From contig JAKJCY010000002.1 in assembly GCA_022706235.1 (NCBI GenBank), positions 609-64,608 of the forward strand: a DNA stretch of 64,000 nucleotides, written 5' to 3'. Shown one piece after another: positions 26,966 to 37,373 of the stretch (within the stretch, counting starts at the first letter, position 1; every line of letters starts with the position of its first letter). This stretch comes from Candidatus Hydrogenedentota bacterium. Its GTDB lineage: Bacteria; Hydrogenedentota; Hydrogenedentia; Hydrogenedentales; CAITNO01. A model generated the notes under the pieces. That model was not told where the DNA came from, ran no database searches, and saw nothing but the letters and a program-made list of their open reading frames with translations. The translations under genes were made by a program, and so were the position numbers.

Positions 26966-27646
26966 ATGGAAAATATCACAGCCATGAAAACCATCAAAGA
27001 CATGCCTGAGCACAGTCGTCCGCGCGAGAAGCTGCGGGAACGGGGTGCATGCGCCCTGACGGACGAAGAACTCGTCGCTGCGATTCTGGGTATGGGCACG
27101 GCAGGCGTTGACGTGCGCACCATCGCCCGGCAGGTGGCCGGACTAATCCGTGAACACAAGACCGGCCTCACGCTTGACCATTTGCTTGCCGTCCCAGGAG
27201 TCGGGCTTGCCAAGGCCGGTCAAATCCTGTCCGCCTTTGAACTCGCCCGCCGGCACCTGATCAAAGACACCGTCACGATAACGACAGCCTCTGACGCGCT
27301 GCCTCTCTTGGCCGACATCGCCGGAAAGACGCAAGAGCATTTCATCTGCTTCTCCCTGAACGGCGCGAACGAAGTCATCGAAAAGCGAACCGTCACCATT
27401 GGCCTTCTTGACCGGAGTCAAGTACACCCGCGCGAGGTGTTTGCCGACGTAATCGCCGATCGCGCCGCCGCAGTCATTTTCGCCCACAATCACCCGTCCG
27501 GCGACCTGAATCCCAGCGACGCCGACTTCAAGATTCACGAACAACTTGCCCAAGCCGCCGCAATTCTCGGCATCCGTGTCCTCGACCACATCATCGTCAC
27601 CAGGAATGGACACTACAGCTTTCAGGAAGCGGGATTGATCAAATGA
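26966..27646 (+). CDS. radC: RadC-like JAB/MPN domain protein
   Basis: 226 aa. N-terminal RPREKL, an HhH region, and the JAMM motif HNHPSGDLNPSDAD. An alternative start at 26984 is possible. Confidence 0.9.
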   Translation: MENITAMKTIKDMPEHSRPREKLRERGACALTDEELVAAILGMGTAGVDVRTIARQVAGLIREHKTGLTLDHLLAVPGVGLAKAGQILSAFELARRHLIKDTVTITTASDALPLLADIAGKTQEHFICFSLNGANEVIEKRTVTIGLLDRSQVHPREVFADVIADRAAAVIFAHNHPSGDLNPSDADFKIHEQLAQAAAILGIRVLDHIIVTRNGHYSFQEAGLIK

Positions 27647-27707
27647 CAGCACATGTGACAGTCTGCATCACAGCCATTCCATAGATAGTTGGAACTGGGA
27701 ATTCACG

Positions 27708-27779
27708 GCAAATCATAGACAGAATACGAGATAGCGAGCGTTATTTTCTTTACTAAAACCTAGGATTGAATCTATTTCG
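27708..27779 (+). repeat. Right copy of the approximately 75-bp imperfect direct repeat
   Basis: ggcaaatcatagacagaatacgagatagcgagcgttattttctttactaaaacctaggattgaatctatttcg; see 18434-18510. Confidence 0.7.
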
Positions 27780-27789
27780 CAGTCTGTTC

Positions 27790-30700
27790 CTAATTTACCA
27801 CTTCCACGCATATCTTCTTGTACGGGTAGATAGTTACCGGGCCCAGTAATCCTGACGGTGGCAGCGGTTCAAAACCAAGCAGGGCATCCGCCGCATGTGA
27901 TGAAGTAATCATACCGGTTCCGAAAAAGGGACGCAGCGCTTCCGGCACTTCCGGAAAGGCCTCAAGTCCGGAAACGCGGTTGATGAGCGTGTTGGTCACA
28001 TCAACTTCAAGGCGGTTTTCGCCGGACTTGATAACGCCATCCAGATCGAATGTTTGTCCGGTTCTCCACTGAACGCCCACGGGCTTCCCGTTGATTCGAA
28101 TATCGGCGATGACGCCCACCTCTCCCAACGACAGCCTGAGTTGCACGTCTTTCTCACAGTAGGTTTCCGGCAAATTGAAATTAACGGCGTATCGTGCGGT
28201 GCCGCTGAAATGACGCCAGTTTTCCTCCTCGGTCCATGATTTTAGAACAAGCCAGCGCACGGTTGGCATTCCGGGAAATTCCACGTCCCAGTCACCGCTA
28301 ATCCCATAAACAGCGGGAAGGCCTTCCGCGTACACTTCCCCTGAAACCGTGGTTACGCTGTCATAAACGCGGTAGGTGTGGCGTCCATTATGGTTAATCA
28401 AGGCGTCAAATCCCTGCCGGTCCACATTAAGAACGTCAAAGAAATCGCTGTGAAGGACATGGGGTACTGCATCCTCTTTCACTTCTCTTTCCTCAAACAC
28501 GAAGAACCTGGACTCAAAGGGCGCCAGGGATATCGGAAGCCAGGTGTACCCGTCGCTTCTTGAATAGTTTCCAACCGTCTGACGGTTTCCCGTATGGGAA
28601 TCCCAGCAATAGGGTTGACCGTTGTTGACACGGAATCCAAGCGGTTTTTGGCTCGCAGTATGTTGCAGATTGGACACAAAATAAATATCCCTGTCTTCCG
28701 ACTGCCGATGAATGAAAGCCATGCCTTCATCGTTTCCGCGTCCCGGCGGCACGCGTTCGCTTTCCAAATCCGGTCCCGTGATTTGCCGAAGCGTTTTCAG
28801 AAAAGGATCGAGCGGTGCGATACGCCAGTCCAGCGGGTCTTCCCGAGCCAGGACCTGTTTCAGGCAGAAGGTCTTTCCGGAGCCGTATACGTTCATCCCG
28901 TCATCCTCCGTCCCCAAGGGCAGCCGGAAAAGAGCCGTGCTGATTTGCCGCACCTCTTCATCATTTTCCTTGTTATTTTGGAGCCCCGTGGCAACCTCAG
29001 GAATACGCTCCAATGCGATGACGGTACCTCCGCCAAGGACATAGTTCTTTATCTGACGGAAGGTTTCCACCGGGATGAACTCAATACCGGGAAGAAGCAA
29101 CACCCGATACGCCATCTCCCCCAGGTGCAATGCGCCTTTATTCAGGTCTGCCCGCTGTATTACGTCATCATTAACCAGGTCAAAGGCATACCCGTTAACG
29201 GCAAGCAGCTGCCCCAGGTCGCCAAAATCAAATTCCCGGGTCCATTTTCGGGCGTTCAGCACGTTCTTGGTCCATTGGTTGGCCAGGGGAGAATACACGG
29301 CCACGTCCGCGACGAACCGCCCGTGACGCAACAGGGCGCAGCATCGCGCGGTATAAGCGGCCAGGTGATGATAATAAGGCCACCAGATGTTTTCATGACT
29401 GATGCGAATCGCGGCAAAGAAACCGCGCGTCGGGACGATATCCCGTTCCGGCGAGGCAATATAACCATGGTTATAAAACTTGTTGGCCCCGGCGCACAGA
29501 AACCCGTCCGTGGCAATCTTCAGTTCTTCCAAGGTCGCCCGGTACGGTTCCCAATGCAGGTAGGTAAATGCCTCCGTGCTGACGATAGTCCTTCCGTACA
29601 GGTGCGCGCCTGACGCGACGTACGCGCGCGGGCCGATACGCGTGTCATACCAGGGTAGCGCGTCCTTTTCGCCGGGAGTGATTTCCATTTCAGGAAAATG
29701 CGTTTTCCCGGCGCCTTCCATGATGTCCGTAACAAAGCCATAAGGCTGGATGCGCCCGCGCACGCCATGGCGCTCGCACCAGTCCAGAAATACCTGAAAG
29801 AAGGCCTCCATTCCCTGCTCATGAAGGAATTCATTGACATCGTATCGGATTCTGGAGGACAAATCATCCACCTCCCACCAGAGCGCGGGCAGCCAGAGAA
29901 CAAGAGGATATCCCTTTTCTATTTCGAAGGTCTCGAAAAGGCCGTCAGTCCAATACAGGCCGTTACGGTAGATGGGGACTTCGAAACTGTCGCCGAAAAA
30001 AGACTCCACCGTTTTCCCGAAGTGGTCACCCACAGCCGCGACATACTGGGCGCCAAGGGTTTCACAATAGCGCATCATAGCCCCCCGGTTCAGAGGATCC
30101 ACGGCATTGGCGTTGTCCCTCCGGGTCAGCCAGAACGCCATGATCCGCCATCGTCCTTCCGGTACGTTCCATTCGAGACTACGTCCCTGGGAGAACGACG
30201 ACAGATCCGTCAGTGAATCCGCCCGCAGGCGATCTTCCTCCAAGCGCGCGGCGACCACCTTGAGCAACCGGTCTTCATCAGCGATAACCGGCATGGAACG
30301 GGGCACATCGTTCGGATTGATCACGGCCTCCTCCGGCAGGGCCCCGGAAAAAACGCGCGGGCCGTCCACTTCCACGGCGCTGGCGAGCATCACCTGGCTC
30401 TGGTCTTCTATCGGCACCCATTCTCCGCCCCAAATCCAGCCGGGCCCGCCGAAATTGATGGAAAAGGACATCCCGCGCCGTTCCGCTTCCTCCACGGCAA
30501 AACGAAGCAGTTCAAAGTATTCCGGCGACAGATAGTCGTGGTTGCCCTTGGTGTATACAGGCTCCATCGTAATCTGTTCCACCCCGCCGATGCCCTGCGC
30601 GAACATTTGTTCAAGTTGCCAGGCAATATCCTCCTTGCGCAGCGCATTTCCCATCCACCACCACCGGGTATGAGGTTTACAGTCATTCGGCGGCTGTGTG

Positions 30701-30810
30701 AAAGCCTGATGGAGTTGTTCCGTTCCTGGTTCCGCGCCGCCGGCGATGCTAAATGAGAGCGCCAGGAACATAACTACCACGGGCGCAACCGTGCTCACGA
30801 TAAATCTCAT
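27790..30810 (-). CDS. Large secreted glycoside hydrolase (possibly GH106/rhamnosidase-like; family uncertain)
   Basis: 1006 aa with a signal peptide. N-terminal KPHTRWWWMG motif. C-terminal beta-sandwich-like region. Confidence 0.55.
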   Translation of the reverse strand: MRFIVSTVAPVVVMFLALSFSIAGGAEPGTEQLHQAFTQPPNDCKPHTRWWWMGNALRKEDIAWQLEQMFAQGIGGVEQITMEPVYTKGNHDYLSPEYFELLRFAVEEAERRGMSFSINFGGPGWIWGGEWVPIEDQSQVMLASAVEVDGPRVFSGALPEEAVINPNDVPRSMPVIADEDRLLKVVAARLEEDRLRADSLTDLSSFSQGRSLEWNVPEGRWRIMAFWLTRRDNANAVDPLNRGAMMRYCETLGAQYVAAVGDHFGKTVESFFGDSFEVPIYRNGLYWTDGLFETFEIEKGYPLVLWLPALWWEVDDLSSRIRYDVNEFLHEQGMEAFFQVFLDWCERHGVRGRIQPYGFVTDIMEGAGKTHFPEMEITPGEKDALPWYDTRIGPRAYVASGAHLYGRTIVSTEAFTYLHWEPYRATLEELKIATDGFLCAGANKFYNHGYIASPERDIVPTRGFFAAIRISHENIWWPYYHHLAAYTARCCALLRHGRFVADVAVYSPLANQWTKNVLNARKWTREFDFGDLGQLLAVNGYAFDLVNDDVIQRADLNKGALHLGEMAYRVLLLPGIEFIPVETFRQIKNYVLGGGTVIALERIPEVATGLQNNKENDEEVRQISTALFRLPLGTEDDGMNVYGSGKTFCLKQVLAREDPLDWRIAPLDPFLKTLRQITGPDLESERVPPGRGNDEGMAFIHRQSEDRDIYFVSNLQHTASQKPLGFRVNNGQPYCWDSHTGNRQTVGNYSRSDGYTWLPISLAPFESRFFVFEEREVKEDAVPHVLHSDFFDVLNVDRQGFDALINHNGRHTYRVYDSVTTVSGEVYAEGLPAVYGISGDWDVEFPGMPTVRWLVLKSWTEEENWRHFSGTARYAVNFNLPETYCEKDVQLRLSLGEVGVIADIRINGKPVGVQWRTGQTFDLDGVIKSGENRLEVDVTNTLINRVSGLEAFPEVPEALRPFFGTGMITSSHAADALLGFEPLPPSGLLGPVTIYPYKKICVEVVN

Positions 30811-31134
30811 AGTGACATCCTTTCATAAATTCCGGGAACGTCCCGGACGGTGTTTCCCCGCTTCCGGGATGTCAAGCCACAATCAGCTCACAAGGAAAAT
30901 ATCCTCGATAGAATAACACAGGTTCAATCCTCAGTCGGGGACTTATTACGCCTAGAAATCTTATGTACAATCTTGTCTCCCTGTTTACACTATTTCCGGA
31001 TAAATGCTCCAAGGTCATGACGATGAAAATACTGCTGCCACCACGACATTCCTTTTTTTGACAATTTGACAATTCCCATGAGTAAAGAATAGCCTGTCCA
31101 TAAGATTTACATCCCATCAAATAAGGAAACCGTT

Positions 31135-33375
31135 ATGCGCTTAATCCATAGGTATTTTCGACGTGCGGTAAAGATGAACTTTTTCATATGGGTTGGTGTT
31201 GTTTGCATACTGACCGGAGCGCTGTCAGCCTGCGCGGATACTACACCCCTGATTCAGGACAAGACGTTCGTGGCCTGGGTGTACCTGGACAATCTGGAGC
31301 AACGCGGAGGCAGCGTTCTGACCTTGGATGATTTGCACGCACGGTTTGACGGTATTGTATTCGGTGAAATTGCGTCCGGGAAATGGATGGGCGGCAGTGA
31401 CCAGTGGCATCGTACCCCGCAAAACCAATCGGTATTCCCGGAGGAAACAGCGGATAACAACACGCCTGTCCAGATTGCCCTCGTCTATGAAGGCAGGGAA
31501 GTGCGTATTTTCCGCAACGGAGAGGTATATACGCAGTACGACATGCAGACACCGTTGTTCTTCGGGCCGGAGAGTGTGGCGATACTGGGGTTGCGCCACC
31601 TGGAAGCGGGCGACCACGCCTGCCTGGAAGGTTCCATCGAGGACGCGCGCATCTATGATAGCCCCTTGACGCAGGAACAGGTTGCGCAATTGCGGCCGGG
31701 TGAACCTTCCAGCCCGAAGCCGTTAGCGTGGTGGTCATTCCGCGACGGTCGCGTTTCGGACCGGATGGGCCGATTTCCCGAAACCCTGCTCGCCGGGAAC
31801 GCCCGTATTGATAAGGGTCGGCTGATTCTGGACGGCCGGGAAAGTTACCTGGTAGCCATGCCCCGGGAGATCGCGGGCAAGGTATTATCCAAGACGGACA
31901 AGGGCGATGACCTGTCTTCGGCATCGCGGGGCCACCGCGCGCGCATGCTTGCGGACCCGCAGCGCCCGCGCTATCATTTCATCGCGCCGGAAGGTTCCTG
32001 CATGCCCTTCGACCCCAATGGCGCTATTTTTTGGCAAGGGAAATACCACTTATGCTACATCTTCCAAGATGAAGGCGGTCACTGTTGGGGCCACGCCTCC
32101 AGTAAGGACCTGGTCCACTGGCGATTTCATCCGCCCGCGTTGTACCCCGCGCCCGGCGATGTAGATAAGGGCATTTTCAGCGGCAACTGTTTCGTAAACC
32201 TGAACGGTGAGGCCACCATGCTCTATCACGGTGTGGACGCAGGGAACTGCATCGCCACCTGCGCCGAAAAAGAGCTCGAGCACTGGACAAAACTACCCTC
32301 AAATCCTATCATCCCCAACGTGAAAGAGGGGGATCCTGAATTCGGACAATACGCCTCCTGGGACCCGCACGGCTGGGCGGAAGAAGGCAAATACTACGCC
32401 ATATTCGGCGGCAATCCCGGCAGCGGCACCCCGGCCACCCTGTTCCGGGGGAATGACTTGGAATCTTGGGAATATGTGGGTCCTTTCCTCGCCCATGATA
32501 TGCCCGGCGTGCAGCCCGATGACGATATCTCCTGCCCGGATTTTTTCAAGATCGGCGACAAGCACATGCTGTTGTGTATCAGCCACAAGCGCGGCTGCCG
32601 GTATTACCTCGGCCGATGGGAAAAGGAACAGTTTTATCCCAAATCACACGCCTGGATGAATTTCCCCGGGGGCACCTATTTCGCGCCTGAAAGCCTGCTC
32701 GATGGCCAGGGGCGGCGTATTATGTGGGCCTGGGTGTTGGACTGGAGACCCGGACAGGAACCGCCGCCTGCGGGCTGGAGCGGCGTGATGAGCCTGCCCC
32801 GCCACCTTTGGGTGGAGGAAGACGGGACGCTGCGCATGGCCCCGGTAAAGGAACTGGAATCGCTGCGCATGAACCATCGCCGTGTTTCTGACACGCTCCT
32901 TGAAGACGGGAAAGAGGCTTCCTTTGAGGGAGTACAGGGCGACACCCTGGAACTGGCGCTGGAACTGGATCCGGGTTCCGCGCGGGAGACCGGACTATGC
33001 GTAAGGAAGTCCCCGGGCGGCGAGGAAGAAACACGCATTGTGTACAACCCGTCGGAACAAACCCTGCGCATTGAACTCGCCAAATCGTCGTCGGGCGGTT
33101 ATTTGCAGCATCTCAAATTTATCATGGGAGATGGCAACGGTCCGGTGATGGAACAAAAGGCCCCTTTCTCCCTGGAGTCGGGCGAAACCCTGAGACTGCG
33201 TGTATTTCTGGACCGCTCCATCCTGGAAGTCTACGCCAATGAACGCCAGGCACTGGTGCAACGCATAGACCCGACGCGGGAGGACAGTCAGGGCATCACC
33301 CTGTTTGCCAACGGCGGCACGGCGAAACTCGTCATGCTGGACGCCTGGGACATGGCGCCTTCGAATCCCTGGTAA
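31135..33375 (+). CDS. Secreted LamG-like domain + GH32 (beta-fructofuranosidase/levanase-type) glycoside hydrolase
   Basis: 746 aa. QRPRYHFIAPEGSCMPFDPNG is a variant of the WMNDPNG motif. It also has WDPH (RDP-like) and SCPDFF (ECP-like) motifs. Confidence 0.75.
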   Translation: MRLIHRYFRRAVKMNFFIWVGVVCILTGALSACADTTPLIQDKTFVAWVYLDNLEQRGGSVLTLDDLHARFDGIVFGEIASGKWMGGSDQWHRTPQNQSVFPEETADNNTPVQIALVYEGREVRIFRNGEVYTQYDMQTPLFFGPESVAILGLRHLEAGDHACLEGSIEDARIYDSPLTQEQVAQLRPGEPSSPKPLAWWSFRDGRVSDRMGRFPETLLAGNARIDKGRLILDGRESYLVAMPREIAGKVLSKTDKGDDLSSASRGHRARMLADPQRPRYHFIAPEGSCMPFDPNGAIFWQGKYHLCYIFQDEGGHCWGHASSKDLVHWRFHPPALYPAPGDVDKGIFSGNCFVNLNGEATMLYHGVDAGNCIATCAEKELEHWTKLPSNPIIPNVKEGDPEFGQYASWDPHGWAEEGKYYAIFGGNPGSGTPATLFRGNDLESWEYVGPFLAHDMPGVQPDDDISCPDFFKIGDKHMLLCISHKRGCRYYLGRWEKEQFYPKSHAWMNFPGGTYFAPESLLDGQGRRIMWAWVLDWRPGQEPPPAGWSGVMSLPRHLWVEEDGTLRMAPVKELESLRMNHRRVSDTLLEDGKEASFEGVQGDTLELALELDPGSARETGLCVRKSPGGEEETRIVYNPSEQTLRIELAKSSSGGYLQHLKFIMGDGNGPVMEQKAPFSLESGETLRLRVFLDRSILEVYANERQALVQRIDPTREDSQGITLFANGGTAKLVMLDAWDMAPSNPW

Positions 33376-33448
33376 TAAAGTATCTAAGAATGACGCTTGG
33401 TATTCTTTGGTATACAGGCGAGCGCGGTGACGGGTATAGGAGATTGCA

Positions 33449-34117
33449 ATGCCGTTGTATCTTTCCTGTTGTTTTCTTGTTCTTGCACTCTTGGGGACAA
33501 GCATTCATCTCGTTCATTGGGGACTGGCGGAACTGGTGATGAAGACCCTTCCCGCGGCCTTTCTCACCGTGTGCGCGCTAGGCCTAACGCGCAGGCGATT
33601 CGGGCTTTGGGTGGTCCTTGGCGTAGGTTTTGGTGCTATGGGAGACTTTTGTCTCTGGATACACTACCAATATGCGGATCTAATCGGGGTGGCCGCTTTT
33701 CTTGTGGGGCACATTGCCTATTCGATAGCCTTTTTCAAAGACTTGCGCTGTACGCGAACCCGGGGCGCAGTTATAGGTTTGATGGTCGTGTTTATGGTTA
33801 TCGTCAGCGCATGGTCTGCTTTGGCGTCCGGCCGCGCGTTGTCATTCGTTGAAATGACGGCCTTATTCGTCTATGTGTCGGTTATGGGTGCCATGATGGC
33901 CATCGCCGTCCTGCACCAGAGTCCCACGTGGTTGATAGCGGCTGGGGCTATTTTCTTCGTCATATCCGACGCCCATATCGCCGTGCGACAAGGGATGCCA
34001 CCTTCCATGCGGCTTCTGTTTGCCCTGTCGGGTTACGTGACCTATTATCTTGGCCAATATTTGCTGGTGGCGGGCGCCGCGCATGAATCCCATGCTCTGC
34101 AAGATGAAACGACTTAG
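33449..34117 (+). CDS. YhhN-family membrane protein (lysoplasmalogenase-like), paralog 1
   Basis: 222 aa, multi-TM. Motifs: GAMGDFCL, FLVGHIAYSIAF, FVISDAHIA. Confidence 0.8.
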   Translation: MPLYLSCCFLVLALLGTSIHLVHWGLAELVMKTLPAAFLTVCALGLTRRRFGLWVVLGVGFGAMGDFCLWIHYQYADLIGVAAFLVGHIAYSIAFFKDLRCTRTRGAVIGLMVVFMVIVSAWSALASGRALSFVEMTALFVYVSVMGAMMAIAVLHQSPTWLIAAGAIFFVISDAHIAVRQGMPPSMRLLFALSGYVTYYLGQYLLVAGAAHESHALQDETT

Positions 34118-34320
34118 TAACCGCCGGGTGTTAGTTCTTGGAGGAGCGACCCTCCACCGGCAACGAGACTCAAATCAAAGGCGTGAAGCCTTCTGAGCAA
34201 CCCACCGGTGCAAGGATGCTCAGAACCATAACGATTCCTTTTCGATATATTCGGCCTGTATAATCTTTCCGATTAACTATGGGGTACAAATCGGCGCCGT
34301 CATCAACTAAGGATTTCAGA

Positions 34321-34992
34321 ATGCCCCCCAACCTTTCCCTGTGCTATCTCGTGCTGGCCCTCATCGGAACGGGGTCCACTCTTATTTCCCTTGAGGTGGG
34401 TATTGGGATCATCAAGGCCCTTCCGACGCTGTTTCTTACCGCATGCGCCTGGGCGTATACGCGCCCTCGCTTCGGGCCTTGGGTCTTTATCGGGGTGGTG
34501 ACGGGCGCCATGGGCGATTTCAGCCTGGCAAGCGCCGAACGTTCCTGGTTCATGGCCGGGGTCATTACCTTTCTTATCGGACACATCGCCTATTCAGTGG
34601 CTTTTGCCAAAGATTTAAAAAGCACACGGGGGCGCATACTCCTTATTCTCGCGACCTTGTTCACTATGAATGTACTCGTAGCCCTGGTTTCTTTACGTAT
34701 GGTATTTGTGGGGGAACAAGGGCTGATTGTCCCCGTGTTCGTTTATGTGGCCGTCATGGGTGTCATGATGACGATTACCACGGTGCATCAGAGTCCCACG
34801 CGGTTGATCGCCGCGGGAGGACTTGTCTTCGTCCTGTCCGATGCGCATATTGCCGTAAATCACATGCTCCTGCTCGCGCCCCGGCTTGACATTGCCCTGT
34901 CGGGATATGCCACGTATTATCTTGCGCAATATTTGTTGGTGGCTGGCGCAGTTTACGAATCCCGCCTTTGGCAACGGGGAACATCTACATGA
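34321..34992 (+). CDS. YhhN-family membrane protein, paralog 2
   Basis: Start moved to ATG 34321 (MPPNLSLCYLVLALIG..., parallel to MPLYLSCCFLVLALLG of paralog 1). The same motifs are present: GAMGDFSL, FLIGHIAYSVAF, FVLSDAHIA. Confidence 0.8.
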   Translation: MPPNLSLCYLVLALIGTGSTLISLEVGIGIIKALPTLFLTACAWAYTRPRFGPWVFIGVVTGAMGDFSLASAERSWFMAGVITFLIGHIAYSVAFAKDLKSTRGRILLILATLFTMNVLVALVSLRMVFVGEQGLIVPVFVYVAVMGVMMTITTVHQSPTRLIAAGGLVFVLSDAHIAVNHMLLLAPRLDIALSGYATYYLAQYLLVAGAVYESRLWQRGTST

Positions 34993-35696
34993 TATCCGGC
35001 ATACGGACACTGACATCCACCTGGCGCGAAGCGCTCCAAAAGCCCCGCTTCACCCTTGAGCTTATTTTGACGGCGGTCATATTCCTGGCCTCCCTGTACC
35101 TGTGCCGGGAAGTTATCCACTACGCCCATACGCGTCCCGGCGTGCAACTCAATGATCCCCTGCTGCATCTGGTCGGACCTGTCTCGTTACGTATGCCCAT
35201 TTTTTTGGTGCTGTGGTCTTCACTTCTCCTGGGCGTATACACACTTGCCAAGAACCCGACCCGACTCGTTATATGGTTTCAGGCTGCGGCCGTACTGGCG
35301 TGCCTGCGCGCCATCGCGCTTTTCCTGGTTCCCCTGGAGCCGTTGGCGACCATCATCCCTCTTGCGGATCCTGTCGCGACCCTGCGAACAGACATGGGTA
35401 CACTCATCATAAACGACCTCTTTTTCAGCGGCCATACCGCCACCCTGTTTCTGTTGTTCCTGGCGGTGGAATCCTGTCTGCTGAAACGGTTTCTGCTGGC
35501 CGGAATGATTTTCACGGCGACTGGCGTGCTCCTGCAACATGTACATTACAGTGGCGACGTATTTGCGGCCCCCTTTTTCGCTTTAGGCAGCTGGCGTCTG
35601 GCCCTGTTCCTTCGTAAGAAACTCGATATTGGGGATGTCACCATCCGGCCTGCGGTCCCCCAAAGTACACAACAAAATTTGGAGAACAAACCATGA
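34989..35696 (+). CDS. PAP2_C / sphingomyelin-synthase-like membrane protein
   Basis: ATG 34989 overlaps the TGA of the upstream gene (ATGA). Motifs: DLFFSGHTA and HYSGDV. Confidence 0.65.
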   Translation: MISGIRTLTSTWREALQKPRFTLELILTAVIFLASLYLCREVIHYAHTRPGVQLNDPLLHLVGPVSLRMPIFLVLWSSLLLGVYTLAKNPTRLVIWFQAAAVLACLRAIALFLVPLEPLATIIPLADPVATLRTDMGTLIINDLFFSGHTATLFLLFLAVESCLLKRFLLAGMIFTATGVLLQHVHYSGDVFAAPFFALGSWRLALFLRKKLDIGDVTIRPAVPQSTQQNLENKP

Positions 35697-37126
35697 AATC
35701 CAGTGTTTACGGAAATCTAATGTTGGTAACCTTCCTCCTTGTGACGTCAATACCTGCGATGGCAGCCTCGGAAAGAGTCGATACGGACTGGTTCCTCGAG
35801 GCGGGCTATGGCGTCTTTGTCCATTACCTGGAGGGCATACAAAACAACGCGGAGCAACTCCACAGTTTGGGCAAACAAAGCTCGTGGGACGAATGCGTGC
35901 GCGACTTCGACACGGAGCGTTTCGCCGCCGATGTGGAGGCCTCGGGCGCGGGGTACGCCATTTTTACCGTGATGCAGATATCACGTTTCATGATCGCGCC
36001 TAATGCCACCTTTGACCGGATTACAGGCTATCAACCCGGAGAAGCCTGTTCCACACGCGACCTGATTGAAGACCTCTACCAGTCCCTCAGTAAACGGAAT
36101 ATCAAATTGATGCTTTATTGGACGGGTGATGGTCCCCGGGCGGATGAGAAAGCCAGCCCTGCCTATGGCTGCGGTACTCCCGTGTCCGAAGATTTTGTGC
36201 AAAAGTGGGCGGATACCTTTCGTGAATACGGGGAACGATACGGCGACAAAATCGCCGGTATCTGGTGTGATGGTTGCTATTCGTTTATCGGCTATGACGA
36301 TGTAAAACTGGGCATTCTGGCTGCGGGCCTGCGGGCCGGCAGCGACAAACGCATTATTGCGTTGAACCCGGGCGTGGATCCCGAAGTACGCGCCTACACT
36401 CCCCACGAAGACTATACCACCGGCGAACAGAATGTTTTCCATGAAGTACCCGTGGAGCGATACCTGAACGGCGAACAGTGGCACATTCTTTCCTTCCTGA
36501 GCAAAACATGGTGGGGAGAGCCCGGCGTGGGCTATAAAAAGAATCAATTCATTAACTATATACGCAACGTTAACCAGCGTGGCGGGGTGGTATCCGTGGA
36601 TGTCATGGTGTTTCGGGACGGCGGCCTGGACCGTTCCCAAGTGGAACTGCTTAAATCTGTCCGGCAAGCAGTACAGGAAACCGCCGAACGGCCGCCTATA
36701 CCGCCCGGCAATATAGCCTACGGCAAACCGACCCGGTTGCTAAGCCTGGACGGTTCTCATGATCTGCCGGTCAACAGTGAAACCCATTACCCGTGGCAGG
36801 GTGTAGACGGCAGATTGGAAACTGTTGCACAAGCCGCCGGCGAATGGCCCTGGACCTACGAGGTGGACCTTATCGACACTTGTACGATTCAACGGGTGAA
36901 GGTCACTTTCGGCTCCGGCTATGCCACTGTATTTGAAATTATGGTATCCCGGGACAAGACGAACTGGCAAAGGGTAGCGCATAAAACCGGACATGATGGA
37001 AATCCATATGAGTTTAACTTTGCCCCTACGCCTGCGCGTTACGTACAAATTCGTTCTCTTAAACCGGATGGGGATAACCAACCTGGCAGACAGATGGCCG
37101 TCTCAGAAGTTGAGGTATATCAATAA
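35693..37126 (+). CDS. Secreted GH29-like (alpha-L-fucosidase-like) catalytic domain + F5/8 type C (discoidin) domain
   Basis: 477 aa with a signal peptide. GYGVFVHY and a TRDLIEDL...LMLYWT pattern. The C-terminal ~140 aa are discoidin-like. ATGA overlap with the upstream gene. Confidence 0.55.
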   Translation: MKSSVYGNLMLVTFLLVTSIPAMAASERVDTDWFLEAGYGVFVHYLEGIQNNAEQLHSLGKQSSWDECVRDFDTERFAADVEASGAGYAIFTVMQISRFMIAPNATFDRITGYQPGEACSTRDLIEDLYQSLSKRNIKLMLYWTGDGPRADEKASPAYGCGTPVSEDFVQKWADTFREYGERYGDKIAGIWCDGCYSFIGYDDVKLGILAAGLRAGSDKRIIALNPGVDPEVRAYTPHEDYTTGEQNVFHEVPVERYLNGEQWHILSFLSKTWWGEPGVGYKKNQFINYIRNVNQRGGVVSVDVMVFRDGGLDRSQVELLKSVRQAVQETAERPPIPPGNIAYGKPTRLLSLDGSHDLPVNSETHYPWQGVDGRLETVAQAAGEWPWTYEVDLIDTCTIQRVKVTFGSGYATVFEIMVSRDKTNWQRVAHKTGHDGNPYEFNFAPTPARYVQIRSLKPDGDNQPGRQMAVSEVEVYQ

Positions 37127-37373
37127 GTTAAATGCAAACTTCTTATGGGACTGCGCATATTTCCTGAAGAATCTTTGATACCTCATACGTTTTTCCCGGT
37201 GCTCGGAGCAGTAAAATGACGATGCTTGATGCAGCACGCGAAAAAATATTAAAAATTTAGCTTGACTTTTGTAAAATTTTATGGTATAAGCATGTTAAAT
37301 TTTTACGTGCGAAGTGTATCCGTGTGTTTTGGACTCCCCCTTTAACCATGAAAAAGAAAGCGAGGTGAATACT

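Noticed and set aside
28594-29613. 339-aa plus-strand ORF, and similar ORFs at 31241-31924 and 35981-36667
   Set aside because: They are antisense shadows of the glycoside hydrolase genes.
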